Shown here in pieces: positions 49,483 to 59,960 of a stretch of DNA of 64,000 bases; positions within the stretch are counted from its first letter, which is position 1; each line of letters starts with the position of its first letter. The DNA lies in contig JAYVHA010000019.1 of assembly GCA_043771635.1 (NCBI GenBank), forward strand, positions 1,248 through 65,247, written 5' to 3'. The position numbers were made by a program, and so were the translations under genes. Under the pieces are notes generated by a model. That model did no database searches. It was given only the letters and a program-made list of their open reading frames with translations, and was not told the origin of the DNA. This stretch comes from Candidatus Woesearchaeota archaeon. Lineage in GTDB: Archaea > Nanobdellota > Nanobdellia > Woesearchaeales > SKIA01.

Positions 49483-51111
49483 ATGACTAAACATGTGGGC
49501 GCCGCCGCCGATGCATTTACTGATGCAACGGATTATGTGGTGAAAGCAGAGGCCCCAGTGCCTATTACAGCTAGCAAGCAAAATATTGCTGCTAAGCCTG
49601 CAGTCAAGAAGCGCGCTCAACGCACAACTCCTCCTGGCGAGGTAGATGCGCCTGTAAAGAAACCACGAGCAAGGGCGCCAAAAACAGATCCTATTAGCAT
49701 CATGGTTCGTGAAACTGAGGACGCAGGCAAGCAAACCTTGGTGTTCGTGAACGCGAAGCGCTCCGCAGAATCCGTTGCTGAGGATCTTGCACAGGCACGT
49801 GAAGCGAGGCACCCTCTAATTGCAAAAAAAATACTACGCGCACTTAGCAGCCCTACTACCCAGTGTCGAAGGTTAGCATTTTGCGTTGAGCGCGGCACAG
49901 CATTCCACCATTCAGGACTGTCGTCAGCGCAGCGGCGTATCGTTGAAGAAGAATTTCTTTCTGGGAACTTGACTGCTATTTGCGCAACTCCGACTTTAGC
50001 TGCGGGAGTGAATGTTCCAGCGTTTCGCGTAATTATTCGCGATTTGCACAGATTCGAAGGGTACATGACAGAAATTCCTGTCCTCGAGTACAGGCAAATG
50101 ATTGGGCGAGCAGGACGCCCGGACTTTCACGACGATTACGGCGAAGCAATAACAATTGCAAAGTCACCCGGCGACGGCGCGTGGATTGAAGACAGATATT
50201 GGAACGGAACTCCTGAACCTATCTACAGTAAGTTGTCAAACTTACCTGCGCTGCGCATGGCAGTCCTATCACTATATGCAACGCGCTTTGTTCGCTCGCG
50301 CGAAGAACTATTTGTGTTCTTTTCTAAAACATTCTTTGCGCATCAATACGGGAACATAACTAAACTTGAAGAGAAACTTATTGATGTTGAAATTCAATTG
50401 ACTGGCTGGGGATTCTTGTCCTCGGTTGGTGGCGCTGCGAGCGCAACGCCAATGGGTCGCCGCGTTTCCATGCTGTATATCGATCCATTAAGCGCGAGCA
50501 TACTTATTGCTGGTATTGAAAGCAAAAAACCGCGAACGGACGCTGCCATAGCGCATTTGCTCTGCTCCTGTATTGAACTGCGGCCGCTGCTTCGCTTGAA
50601 AACAAGCGACTTCGTGTCGGCAGACGCAGCAATTGACACGCTGCTGCCAGAGCCGTCAATGTTCTCTGCTGAGTACGAAGAATTCTTACAAGCTGCAAAG
50701 ACATCAGCCATGCTCGGCAAATGGATGGACGAAGCGCCTGAGGAGACTATTTTAGCAGAGTATGGCGTTAGGCCGGGCGAACTCAAAGCTAAGTTAGATA
50801 CAGCTGACTGGCTACTTTATGGTATGAGTGAACTAGCGCAGTTACTTGGCGCAGAACGGCGCGAATTTATACGCGCACGCATCCGTATGAAACACGGCGT
50901 CAAAGCTGAGCTCGTGCCACTGCTGCGCATGCGCGGAATAGGTAGGGTTCGCGCTCGCGCACTATTCAACAATGGCTTGACTTCTTTGCAACTTATTAAC
51001 GCCGCGCCGGAAACTAAGCTTGCTGCGCTGCTTGGTGTGAAAGTTGCGGCGCGCGTTAAAGAGCAATTAGCTGGCGGCGGATTGCCGTCAAAACAAAGAG
51101 AAAAAAGATAG
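49483..51111 (+). CDS. Hel308/Ski2-like helicase lacking the N-terminal RecA1 domain
   Basis: QTLVFVNAKR, AFHHSGL, ATPTLAAGVNVPA, QMIGRAGRP, WH/ratchet, HhH GIGRVRARALF; no Walker A or DExH. Confidence 0.8.
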   Translation: MTKHVGAAADAFTDATDYVVKAEAPVPITASKQNIAAKPAVKKRAQRTTPPGEVDAPVKKPRARAPKTDPISIMVRETEDAGKQTLVFVNAKRSAESVAEDLAQAREARHPLIAKKILRALSSPTTQCRRLAFCVERGTAFHHSGLSSAQRRIVEEEFLSGNLTAICATPTLAAGVNVPAFRVIIRDLHRFEGYMTEIPVLEYRQMIGRAGRPDFHDDYGEAITIAKSPGDGAWIEDRYWNGTPEPIYSKLSNLPALRMAVLSLYATRFVRSREELFVFFSKTFFAHQYGNITKLEEKLIDVEIQLTGWGFLSSVGGAASATPMGRRVSMLYIDPLSASILIAGIESKKPRTDAAIAHLLCSCIELRPLLRLKTSDFVSADAAIDTLLPEPSMFSAEYEEFLQAAKTSAMLGKWMDEAPEETILAEYGVRPGELKAKLDTADWLLYGMSELAQLLGAERREFIRARIRMKHGVKAELVPLLRMRGIGRVRARALFNNGLTSLQLINAAPETKLAALLGVKVAARVKEQLAGGGLPSKQREKR

Positions 51112-51143
51112 AAAAAATAATTTTAGCTTGTGCCTTCAATAGT

Positions 51144-51629
51144 TCACTTAACGCGCATGCATTGAATTGCAGCCTCGATTGTGTATCCGTATTGCTTAGA
51201 TTCTACGTCTGGAACAGCGTAACAACCTCCGCCAACAATACCAGCCTTAACTGCTTCAGGTCCGAAGTAAGACCTCTTTAGAGGAGTTATCTTACCAAAC
51301 TCAGGGGCATTGCCGTACGCAATGCAATCCGTTTCTAGAAGTATATCATTACTCTTAGTACAAAATAAGTCTACAGATTTTTGCAGTGAGTCGTCGTCAT
51401 ACGCCGAAGCAGGTATATTTAGTGAACTGCGCAATACATAAACTGATGACTGCTGTGGCGCTCGCATTGCTTCACCCCCAATAGTATTGGAAACAGAATC
51501 AATACCAACAGGCACATAGACACTCGATGGCGCGCTGCCACGACCCATCCAAGTCATCGTAACGATAGAGACAACTGCAACGATTGCGACAAGCGCAATC
51601 AACCATTGATTAGAATTAGAATTCTCCAT
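51144..51629 (-). CDS. hypothetical membrane-anchored exported protein
   Basis: N-terminal TM 'LIALVAIVAVV', four Cys. Confidence 0.65.
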   Translation of the reverse strand: MENSNSNQWLIALVAIVAVVSIVTMTWMGRGSAPSSVYVPVGIDSVSNTIGGEAMRAPQQSSVYVLRSSLNIPASAYDDDSLQKSVDLFCTKSNDILLETDCIAYGNAPEFGKITPLKRSYFGPEAVKAGIVGGGCYAVPDVESKQYGYTIEAAIQCMRVK

Positions 51630-51811
51630 ATGTCTTTTCTGGGGGGGGGAAAATATAAACCTTGCTTTTTATCAGTGGCCACGAAAAAAGCGTTCGCACT
51701 ACATACAGTAGCATTGCCTAAAAAAAACCTAGTAAAGTATAAATACTACGCCAAGGTAGAGGCGCCAACGTTCGTTGAGCTTGCAATAGCAGGCGCCTCG
51801 GGGGAATAAAC

Positions 51812-51958
51812 ATGCAACACCATACCATGGGTGAAGATGACGCAGACTAGTGGGATGACGACGACAGTGACGACGATAGTCTTGACGACTTTGATGACGG
51901 CGACGATGGCGACAGCGACGAATTTGACGATAAAGGCGACAACGACAACGAATCTTAA
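51812..51958 (+). pseudogene. Asp-rich micro-ORF with in-frame TAG at 51848
   Basis: MQHHTMGEDDAD*WDDDDSDDDSLDDFDDGDDGDSDEFDDKGDNDNES*. Confidence 0.35.
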
Positions 51959-52068
51959 GCCATAAGTCAATTTTTTGAAATTATTTCTATAGATTTTAGA
52001 TCTGCAGGTATCAAACAATATACTTCACTAGACACCAAACATATAAACTACAAATACAGCTTTACACG

Positions 52069-53049
52069 ATGGAATTAACAGAAAGCGAAATCGCTGCTGT
52101 TCTAAGAAATTATGCTATCGGCGAGTTTCAATCGCTCAGTAAGATTTCTAGAGGGTACATAAATTACAATTGGTTAATCAAAACCCGTACAGGAAGTTAT
52201 GTACTTAGAGCCGCTCCTACGTATCGCACGAAAAAAGAACTTTCCTTTGAGCATTTATTCCTGTTAGCACTCGAGGGCAAGTTTCCGTATGGGATTCCAC
52301 TTCCGATTGAAACTGTTAGTAACACCACGCTTTGTAATTTCAAGGGGCACCTATTTTGGCTTTACAAATACATCCCAGGCGAAGTAATCAAACAAACAAC
52401 GAACCAACAAGTCAAACAAGTAGCGCAAATGATGGCAAGTATGCATACAGCCTCTGAGAACATGAAAATAAAAGACAGTAAGAAGTGGCCTCATGCACTA
52501 AATAAACGTAGCCTTTTACTAGACCTTACAGTCTTGCAACAACGCCTTCGCCGTAAGCACACAATTACTGCTAATTATTTCAAAGAACATTTAGCAGAAA
52601 TTAAGGATTGCATACTTGCAGTAGACCCACACGGTTACTCCGACCTTAAGCGCTTCCCAATACACGCAGATGTTTACAATCCTAATTTAGTTTTTGCAAA
52701 TAACAAGCTTGTTGCAGTTATTGACTTTGATAATTGCCACGTCGACACTGCAATCCACGACATAGGTTGTTATTTACATTCATCTTGTAGAAAAGGGTAT
52801 AAATTAGATCTAGAAAAGGCGAAAATGTTCTTGAAGGAATATCGTAAACTCAGGCCGATAAGTCGACAGGAAGTTCGTTATCTAGCTGACATCGCGATTA
52901 TGGGCTATGCAGGATCATTTTATTTCTATTCACAAGCTAGCGAAACAGGTTCAAAAGAGGCTAAACTTTTGGCTATGCTGAAGCGAAGCAAACTTGCAAC
53001 GGTTTGGTGCGCGCAGAACAGAACACAAATTCATGCCGCACTAGTATAA
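52069..53049 (+). CDS. APH / type II homoserine kinase-like phosphotransferase
   Basis: GYINYNW, YVLR, IHADVYNPN, VIDFD. Confidence 0.85.
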   Translation: MELTESEIAAVLRNYAIGEFQSLSKISRGYINYNWLIKTRTGSYVLRAAPTYRTKKELSFEHLFLLALEGKFPYGIPLPIETVSNTTLCNFKGHLFWLYKYIPGEVIKQTTNQQVKQVAQMMASMHTASENMKIKDSKKWPHALNKRSLLLDLTVLQQRLRRKHTITANYFKEHLAEIKDCILAVDPHGYSDLKRFPIHADVYNPNLVFANNKLVAVIDFDNCHVDTAIHDIGCYLHSSCRKGYKLDLEKAKMFLKEYRKLRPISRQEVRYLADIAIMGYAGSFYFYSQASETGSKEAKLLAMLKRSKLATVWCAQNRTQIHAALV

Positions 53050-53073
53050 CTCACAGCAAACTATCAATAAGTT

Positions 53074-55326
53074 TTAACTGCCTTCTTCTTCTTTACCTTC
53101 GGTTACTGCACGGCTAACTTCAACATATCTGCACTTTGGATAGCTCGAGCAGCCCCAGAATGAACCGTAAAAGCTGTTCCGCTGCGCTAGCGGCTTGTTA
53201 CATTTAGGACACGTCTTTGACGCAGGCTCTTCCGGCTTTGGCTTGCCAGGACAAAGTGGATTTACACAATACTCGCGACTACCAAGCTTTAGTAGCGGAT
53301 ACTGATCATGTGGGCACGTCTTGCCAATTGCACGTAGTAATCCTTTTTGTGGTACACTGAAAGTAGTAGTGCATTTTGGATAGTTTGAGCAACCGACAAA
53401 GCGTCCGAACTTACCCTGTCGCAGTTGTAATGTGCCCCCGCAAATGTCAGGACCTAAGTTTGAGCGCTTGTCTTGCGCCGTTCGCTCCGCATCTTTTAGT
53501 ACAGCGCCAATTTCTTTCTCATGCACTTTGAAATGCGCAAGTACTTTGAGAAGATGCGCTTTCGCATGCGCAAGCACTTCTTCGGGTTTTGCACTGCCTA
53601 AGCGGATACTTTCAATTTCTTCTTCAATGTCGCGCGTAAGTTGTTCGTCAGTTATCTCAGGTACATACTTGTCAAGCGTCCCAATGGTTACTAGACCTAA
53701 CTCGCTCGCCGTAATCGATTGCTCATCCACATAACCACGGTCATATAAGTTCTGTACAATATCAGCGCGCGTTGCTTTCGTGCCGAGCCCACGCTTCTCA
53801 AGTTCTTTGATAATAGACGCAGGAGTATAACGGCGCGGCGGCTGAGTCATTTTCTTTTCAATCCCAACTTCTCCCGGCACTTTTGCACCGATTGTAATCG
53901 TAGGAAGAATTTCTTCTTCCAACTTTACGTGTCGACCATATATAGCGTGCCAACCCGGCTCAATTGTGTGAGTACCTCGCGCAACAAAAGATCCCGCGCC
54001 CTTTGCAATTGTTACTGTTTGTGTTTCACGAATGGCAGGATCACCAAACGTAGCGAGAAATCTTCTCACTATAAGATCGTAGACAGCAGCAGTGCGACCA
54101 ACAAGATTTTTTGGTGCGACGCCAGTTGGGAAAATTGCGGGGTGCGCTGGGTCAGTTTTAGGACCGTTATTCGGTTTCAAATCTTTGCGCTTGCTTAGCA
54201 TTGCGGCAATTTCTTTGTACGCAGGTTGCTTGCTAATTTCTTTGATAATTGCAGGTAAACCTAGTTCAGGCGGGAGAACCTGGCTGCTAGTACGAGGATA
54301 GCTCGTGTAGCCACCAGTGTACAGGTCTTGCGCAACGCGCATAGTTTCCTTAGGGTTTATACGCAAGCTTCGGTACGCTTCAGTTTGCAAGGTAGTCAGG
54401 TCAAACGGAAATGGAGGTGCGGCCGATGTGCGCTTTGCATCTACTGCGCTGACCGCTGCCTGACCTTTGGAAGCTGCTTGATATGCCTCTGCAGTAGCTT
54501 GTGCGTCAAACGGATTCTTGATGCAGGCAGCATCGATTTCTACTGAACCAATTTTAGTTGGAAGCGAGAGTTCCCAGTAAGGCACCGGGATGAACGCCTT
54601 GATTTCTTTTTCCTTCTCTACAATAATTTTTAGTGCAGGGCCTTGCACTCGCCCGCTTGATAAAATCTTAAAACCACCTGTGGTCTTAACGGCGAGTGTA
54701 AGCGCACGACTTAGGTTAATACCATAGTACCAATCAAGTTCGTGACGCGTTTTACCGGCCATTGCTTGACCCCAGTTGATAGTATTTGCCTTTTGGTTAT
54801 AGCTGATTCGAAGTTCGTTTTCTGTAAGTGTACTGTACTTCATTCGGTTTGCGTCAGGCCGTTTACAAGCGAAGGCGAGTACAGTGTATCCAATTACTTC
54901 TCCTTCAATATCATAGTCTGTTGCGATAGTAATAACGCTCGCGTGCTTTGCTAGTTTTTCGATCACACGGATGTAAGCGTCAGCACCACTCTTTTCTAGT
55001 GAGTTCCACTTAATATCAAAAACAGGGTAAGTCCAGCCTTTCTTCTCCTTCTTATCCTCAACGACACCATACAAATGGCCTACTGCGCTCGCGACCACAA
55101 TGTCTTTGTCACCGTGCGTGAGCTCCCACCAAGTAACTTTTCCTTGCATTTGCTTGATGGGTTTACTGTTTGATAGGCTCTCCGCTATCTTCTTTGCGCT
55201 GCTAGGTTTTTCAGTAATAATTAATTCATACTTTCCAGCGGCAGCGCTACGCGCTCCTTCCGTCGCTGCGCTAGGCTTATTAGTTTTCTTTATTACGACT
55301 TTTTTTGCAGCCTTAGCGAGCGCCAT
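53074..55326 (-). CDS. topA: DNA topoisomerase IA with C-terminal zinc ribbons
   Basis: ITEKPS, ATDYDIEGE, SGRVQGP, SYPRT, GLGTKATR, GCSNYPKC repeats. Confidence 0.96.
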   Translation of the reverse strand: MALAKAAKKVVIKKTNKPSAATEGARSAAAGKYELIITEKPSSAKKIAESLSNSKPIKQMQGKVTWWELTHGDKDIVVASAVGHLYGVVEDKKEKKGWTYPVFDIKWNSLEKSGADAYIRVIEKLAKHASVITIATDYDIEGEVIGYTVLAFACKRPDANRMKYSTLTENELRISYNQKANTINWGQAMAGKTRHELDWYYGINLSRALTLAVKTTGGFKILSSGRVQGPALKIIVEKEKEIKAFIPVPYWELSLPTKIGSVEIDAACIKNPFDAQATAEAYQAASKGQAAVSAVDAKRTSAAPPFPFDLTTLQTEAYRSLRINPKETMRVAQDLYTGGYTSYPRTSSQVLPPELGLPAIIKEISKQPAYKEIAAMLSKRKDLKPNNGPKTDPAHPAIFPTGVAPKNLVGRTAAVYDLIVRRFLATFGDPAIRETQTVTIAKGAGSFVARGTHTIEPGWHAIYGRHVKLEEEILPTITIGAKVPGEVGIEKKMTQPPRRYTPASIIKELEKRGLGTKATRADIVQNLYDRGYVDEQSITASELGLVTIGTLDKYVPEITDEQLTRDIEEEIESIRLGSAKPEEVLAHAKAHLLKVLAHFKVHEKEIGAVLKDAERTAQDKRSNLGPDICGGTLQLRQGKFGRFVGCSNYPKCTTTFSVPQKGLLRAIGKTCPHDQYPLLKLGSREYCVNPLCPGKPKPEEPASKTCPKCNKPLAQRNSFYGSFWGCSSYPKCRYVEVSRAVTEGKEEEGS

Positions 55327-55511
55327 ATATAGATAGGCGCCCTGTTCTCCTTAATATTCCTTGCCGTAGTTTAGCCGAAAATATTTTTGGTGCAAAAAAA
55401 AGATACTTGTACCCGCAATGCAATCAGAATGTGCGTTAATTACGATAGTGAAAGCAAAATTATCCTTGAAAGGAAGAAAAAAAATAAAATATTTTCGAGA
55501 CTTATCTATAC

Positions 55512-55826
55512 CTATGCAGTATGGATGCGGTGGCCAAATTCCCAAAATAGGAAGGACCATAGTAGCATCAAAATTGCAATAACTGGAAAGAATGCGTCGC
55601 TATTCTTGAATGCGCTTAGATTTCCAAGAGCATTAAGAGTGTAGTACGCAGCAAACGCTATTGATACTAGGAACAATGCGTACATTATGTGACTGAACGC
55701 TTTGTGGTGGTCCTGTAGTTCCTTGCGCGCAGTTAGAGCCGGCGCTGGTGCAGGTGTAATGATTGTTTCTTTGCGTGGCATTGGAGCCTGCGCTTTAGTA
55801 ACCTTAGTTGTAGTCTTCTTCGCCAT
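55512..55826 (-). CDS. small 2-TM membrane protein with Lys/Thr/Pro-rich N-terminus
   Basis: GGTGA SD-like, two hydrophobic helices. Confidence 0.6.
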   Translation of the reverse strand: MAKKTTTKVTKAQAPMPRKETIITPAPAPALTARKELQDHHKAFSHIMYALFLVSIAFAAYYTLNALGNLSAFKNSDAFFPVIAILMLLWSFLFWEFGHRIHTA

Positions 55827-55906
55827 GCGAGAGAATCACCCCTGATTCTATAACATACCTTAACTAGACATTTATAAATTTACTTTGCTGCGCCATAGTG
55901 ACATAA

Positions 55907-56260
55907 ATGACTATTAACCTACCAAATTCACCACCCATGCCTACGCAGAGCATCGCAGAGCAAGCCCAAACCGTAGTTAAGCTGTTCAACTCCATTGTTG
56001 GAAGTCATCGTAGACTCACGCAAACAGCCCTCGAGTCCCTTGAGCACGGAGACGCTGTCAACATAATTAGTGGCACCGCAGAGCGCCCAGTAATCGAAAT
56101 AACTCTGCAGCGCGAAGGCACACAAATAATCGCCACAGTTCGTTCTGACCAGACTCTACCGCCGAGAATGCGTGCTCAAGCTCAAGCAATGGTAGAGCGG
56201 TTTCTTCTAGAAAATAGGAAAACGTGGAACGCTGAATCTCAAATCAGCATCCCGAAGTAG
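55907..56260 (+). CDS. hypothetical protein
   Basis: TTTATAAA ~30 nt upstream of ATG; 117 aa. Confidence 0.5.
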   Translation: MTINLPNSPPMPTQSIAEQAQTVVKLFNSIVGSHRRLTQTALESLEHGDAVNIISGTAERPVIEITLQREGTQIIATVRSDQTLPPRMRAQAQAMVERFLLENRKTWNAESQISIPK

Positions 56261-56350
56261 CTTTCTATCGTAGCCGCCTAAAGTAACATCAATAAGGCCG
56301 CAGACCTTTGATGCGAAACAGTTAAAACTACAAACCAGATATCTATTAAC

Positions 56351-57091
56351 ATGGTTGCGAGAATTGCGATTGAGCACCAGCGCAAGCCGCTTGTGGTTGT
56401 CTCGGATATCTCTGGCGCAATTCCGGAACAGTATCAATCGCTATCACTTTCGCCTCAGCAGGTACAATATGCGCACGAGGTACTCTCAGAGCTCGAGTCG
56501 GTACACGAGCTCCTAGTAAGGGAATCATATGCTGCGGGGATCGCACCAGCTGTATCCAAACTCATAATTGATGTGCACGAAAATATTGATAGCCCAAAAC
56601 TGTTTCTTGAGCAACTCGGAGACTTAATTATTCTTGATAACTCGCAACTTCCAGAAAGAGAGGAGAACTTTCGAATCGAAGAGTTCTATATCGAATATCA
56701 CGCAGCACTACGCCGCATATTGTATGCGACGCAAGAGCGTTTCGGGCGCGCATACTTAGTGTACTGCAAAAAAATTCCTCGATTCTATAAAGAACAGGAA
56801 GTACCGTATGACATTGGAATCGTAACGCAGAATGGTTTCACTTTTGCTGCAGATATTGCGGCGCACATAGACTACAAAGTGCAGCAAAATCCAGGAACAT
56901 TCTATTATGATGTTTTACATGGTCCGCTACAAGACTGCTTTGAACATGGAAAAGTAACCGCAGTTGCGCTCCTAATCAACGAAAAACTACTGCGTAGCCA
57001 GGCAATGAAAGAGCAACTAGCACTTGACCTTGCAACAGCCATTAGTCTTGCCCTCCCGCAAGTAGTAACGGATTATCGACGGAACCTTTAA
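56351..57091 (+). CDS. hypothetical protein, degenerate N-formylglutamate amidohydrolase-like
   Basis: 'PLVVVSD.SGAIP', 'SKLIIDV', 'RIEEFYIEYHAAL', 'DIGI'; catalytic His apparently missing. Confidence 0.55.
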   Translation: MVARIAIEHQRKPLVVVSDISGAIPEQYQSLSLSPQQVQYAHEVLSELESVHELLVRESYAAGIAPAVSKLIIDVHENIDSPKLFLEQLGDLIILDNSQLPEREENFRIEEFYIEYHAALRRILYATQERFGRAYLVYCKKIPRFYKEQEVPYDIGIVTQNGFTFAADIAAHIDYKVQQNPGTFYYDVLHGPLQDCFEHGKVTAVALLINEKLLRSQAMKEQLALDLATAISLALPQVVTDYRRNL

Positions 57092-57116
57092 GTATCGTCT
57101 TTGGGCCAAAGAGAGT

Positions 57117-59000
57117 ATGCGTCCTGTTGTTCTTAGTAATCAACGTCTTCTAGTAAACCTCGATGACCGCGGTTTTATGCGCGACTTATATTACAAACGC
57201 GTCGGACAAGAGAATCACGTGCTTGGCAGACCACACCGCATCGCAGTGTGGGCAGAAAACCATCTAGAGTGGCTTGATTCGCCTGGCTGGCGCGTTACCA
57301 TGCATGCAGATAGTTCGCTTGCAACAACAACAGTGATGCGCAACGACACGCGGGACTTAACAATCACATTTTATGATATAGTGCTAAAACACGAAGATGT
57401 TTTCATGCGGCGCATCACAGCAAACCGCGACATTCGCCTTTTTGTATATCATTACTTTTTTCTTTACGGGGACGGCATTGGCGACACCGCAGGCTATGAT
57501 CCGATCAGAAATATCCTATTTCATTACAAGCGCAAGCGTTACTTTGGAATAGCTGCATTAGTCGGCGATCAAAATGTGCTAAGTGATTACACCGTGGGCG
57601 TGCCGCATGACGGCCAAGAAGCATGGCAGGGCGCAGTGACTGGCGTTCTTGCCAAAAATGCAATCACGCAAGGCAATGTAGATAGTTGCATCGCGTTTAA
57701 TGTTCTTTCAGGACAGACAGTAGACTACACAATCTCCTGCGCGTTTGGTTTCACTGCAATGCGTACACTCTCTGAGCGCATTCGAACCAGCGACCGAACT
57801 GCGCTAGTCGCTGGAACAACTGAGGAAGAGCGAGTGTACTCGCAAGAACCAGAATCATTTGCTTCGCTTCCTGCAACGTGGCGCCGCCTATACCGGCAAA
57901 GTCTACTTCTTGTACGCGCTCATCAAGACACAGGCGGCGCAATTGTCGCGGGCGCTGACAGCGAGAACATGCTGTTCAATCGCGACACTTATACTTACGC
58001 GTGGGGCCGCGACAATGCAATAATTGCGCACGCAATGGATCGCGCAGGAAAACATGAAATTACCCGCGCATACTTTGAATTTATGCGCCCAATTATCGAG
58101 CCTGAAGGTTTCTACATGCACAAGCACCATCCCGACGGAAGCCTTGGTAGCAGCTGGCAAGCTTGGGTGCGTGACGGCAACCCCTATTTGCCAATTCAAG
58201 AAGATGAAACCGCGTTGCAATTATGGGCGCTAAAAGCCCACCATGACGCGGCTGGTGACGACTATGTTAATGGTAGGTACCATGACTGGGTCGCGCCGAT
58301 GATTGATTTTCTTATTTCACACGTGCGCGACGACATAGCACTTCCGAAAGACTCTTGGGACTTGTGGGAGGAGCGGCAAGGAATTCACACATGGACTGTT
58401 GCAAGCGTTATTGCAGGACTGCATGCTGGCGCGTTTTTTGCAGACTTGCATGATGATATCAAGCGCTCGACTGGAGCCCGTAACCTTGCTCAGCGCCTCA
58501 CTGAAAGTATGCTTACAACTCTTACTAGTCGTGAAGATGGACGCTTTATTCGCCGCCTCACACATGACTTACACCCAGACCTAACAATTGATGCCGCAGA
58601 TCTAGCACCATATCTTGTAGGAATACTACCGCCCGAGCATCCCTTGGTCGTTGGAACTGTAAAAGCAATAGAAAAGCATCTTACAACGCCTGACGGCGGC
58701 ATTGCACGCTACCAAGGCGATTATTTTCATAGAAAGACCGAGGACTGCGCCGGCAATCCATGGACATTTTGTGCATTGTGGCTTGCAAATTGGCATGTAA
58801 CACAAGGAAACTGGCAGCGCGCAGACGAACTTATCGAGTGGGTTGTTCGCCATGCCGTTGGCGCGAACTTACTCGGCGAGCAAATGCACCCGCATACTGG
58901 CGAGCCACTCGCAGTGTGTCCCCTAACTTGGGCGCACGCGCAGTTCATTGATACAATGCACACATACGTTGAAGAGCGCGCGCGCCAAGTACAGAAATGA
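57117..59000 (+). CDS. GH15 glucoamylase-family glycoside hydrolase
   Basis: YTYAWGRD, IQEDET, WDLWEER, GIARY, LLGEQ, PLTWAHA. Confidence 0.92.
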   Translation: MRPVVLSNQRLLVNLDDRGFMRDLYYKRVGQENHVLGRPHRIAVWAENHLEWLDSPGWRVTMHADSSLATTTVMRNDTRDLTITFYDIVLKHEDVFMRRITANRDIRLFVYHYFFLYGDGIGDTAGYDPIRNILFHYKRKRYFGIAALVGDQNVLSDYTVGVPHDGQEAWQGAVTGVLAKNAITQGNVDSCIAFNVLSGQTVDYTISCAFGFTAMRTLSERIRTSDRTALVAGTTEEERVYSQEPESFASLPATWRRLYRQSLLLVRAHQDTGGAIVAGADSENMLFNRDTYTYAWGRDNAIIAHAMDRAGKHEITRAYFEFMRPIIEPEGFYMHKHHPDGSLGSSWQAWVRDGNPYLPIQEDETALQLWALKAHHDAAGDDYVNGRYHDWVAPMIDFLISHVRDDIALPKDSWDLWEERQGIHTWTVASVIAGLHAGAFFADLHDDIKRSTGARNLAQRLTESMLTTLTSREDGRFIRRLTHDLHPDLTIDAADLAPYLVGILPPEHPLVVGTVKAIEKHLTTPDGGIARYQGDYFHRKTEDCAGNPWTFCALWLANWHVTQGNWQRADELIEWVVRHAVGANLLGEQMHPHTGEPLAVCPLTWAHAQFIDTMHTYVEERARQVQK

Positions 59001-59848
59001 AAAAGTATATCGGAATTGACTTAGGCGGAACTAAGATAGAAGCAATTCGGTTCAATGGCAAGAAAGTAGAAGCAACATGTCGAGTCGCCACTAAGTCTGA
59101 AGCCGGATACAAACAAGTTCTTGCAAATATTGTCACAGCAGCAGCATCTGTGCGCACACCCGATGTTTGTGCTGTCGGACTTGCCATTCCAGGAATAGTA
59201 CACATTGACAGAATCATAGGCTCTGGAGTCTTGGGTTCGATTCTTAACGGCAAAAAAGTTGCAGGTGACCTAAGTAAGATACTGAAACTTCCAGTTGTAA
59301 TGCAAAACGATGCAAAGCTGTTTGCACTTGCTGAATGGCAAATAGGCGCCGCCAAAGGCAAGAGGCACGTTGTAGGCCTCATCATCGGCACTGGAGTTGG
59401 CGCAGGAATAATTATTGACGGGAACTTATTGCATGGAGCAGTAGGTGCCGCAGGCGAAGTCGGCGAAGCGCCATACCGTGAGAGCACATACGAGCACTAC
59501 GTAGCAGGACCCGCGTATTACTCTATGTACCACGAAGCAGGCGGCAAGGAAAATAATATTTCTACCAAAGAAATAATGACGCGGCCGCGCCCAGATAAAG
59601 CAATAAGCGCGGCGCGAGAGCAAACTCTTGATGCAACGGCGCATCTTTTAGCCACAATTATTAGCGCATACAATCCTGAAGTTATTGTTATCGGCGGCGG
59701 CGTATCGCTATCCTTGGACATTAAGCGCCTAAAAGAGCGAACAAAACAATATACGTTTCCCGCACTATTCAGAAGCTGTAAGATTGTTCGCCATAAAATC
59801 TCAGATTCTGCCGGCGCAATTGGCGCTGCAATGCTTGCGCACGAGTAG
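58997..59848 (+). CDS. ROK-family sugar kinase
   Basis: GIDLGGTK, NDAK, IGTGVGAGII, AGEVG, IGGGVS, AGAIGAA. Confidence 0.92.
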   Translation: MKKYIGIDLGGTKIEAIRFNGKKVEATCRVATKSEAGYKQVLANIVTAAASVRTPDVCAVGLAIPGIVHIDRIIGSGVLGSILNGKKVAGDLSKILKLPVVMQNDAKLFALAEWQIGAAKGKRHVVGLIIGTGVGAGIIIDGNLLHGAVGAAGEVGEAPYRESTYEHYVAGPAYYSMYHEAGGKENNISTKEIMTRPRPDKAISAAREQTLDATAHLLATIISAYNPEVIVIGGGVSLSLDIKRLKERTKQYTFPALFRSCKIVRHKISDSAGAIGAAMLAHE

Positions 59849-59960
59849 AAATAACTTATTTCTAGGCAAATCGAATTGACAACGCGTTGTTAATGCAATA
59901 GACAATAGTAGAATTGAGAAAGAAGAAAAAAAAGATGAAAAAGATAGCAGCCTAGGGAGC

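Noticed and set aside
51746..52018. Minus-strand Val-rich 90-aa ORF as a membrane protein
   Set aside because: It is the antisense shadow of the GAC/GAT-rich tract
55351..55644. Short ORFs between topA and the small membrane gene
   Set aside because: AT-rich intergenic/terminator sequence overlapping a better ORF, with no recognisable motifs
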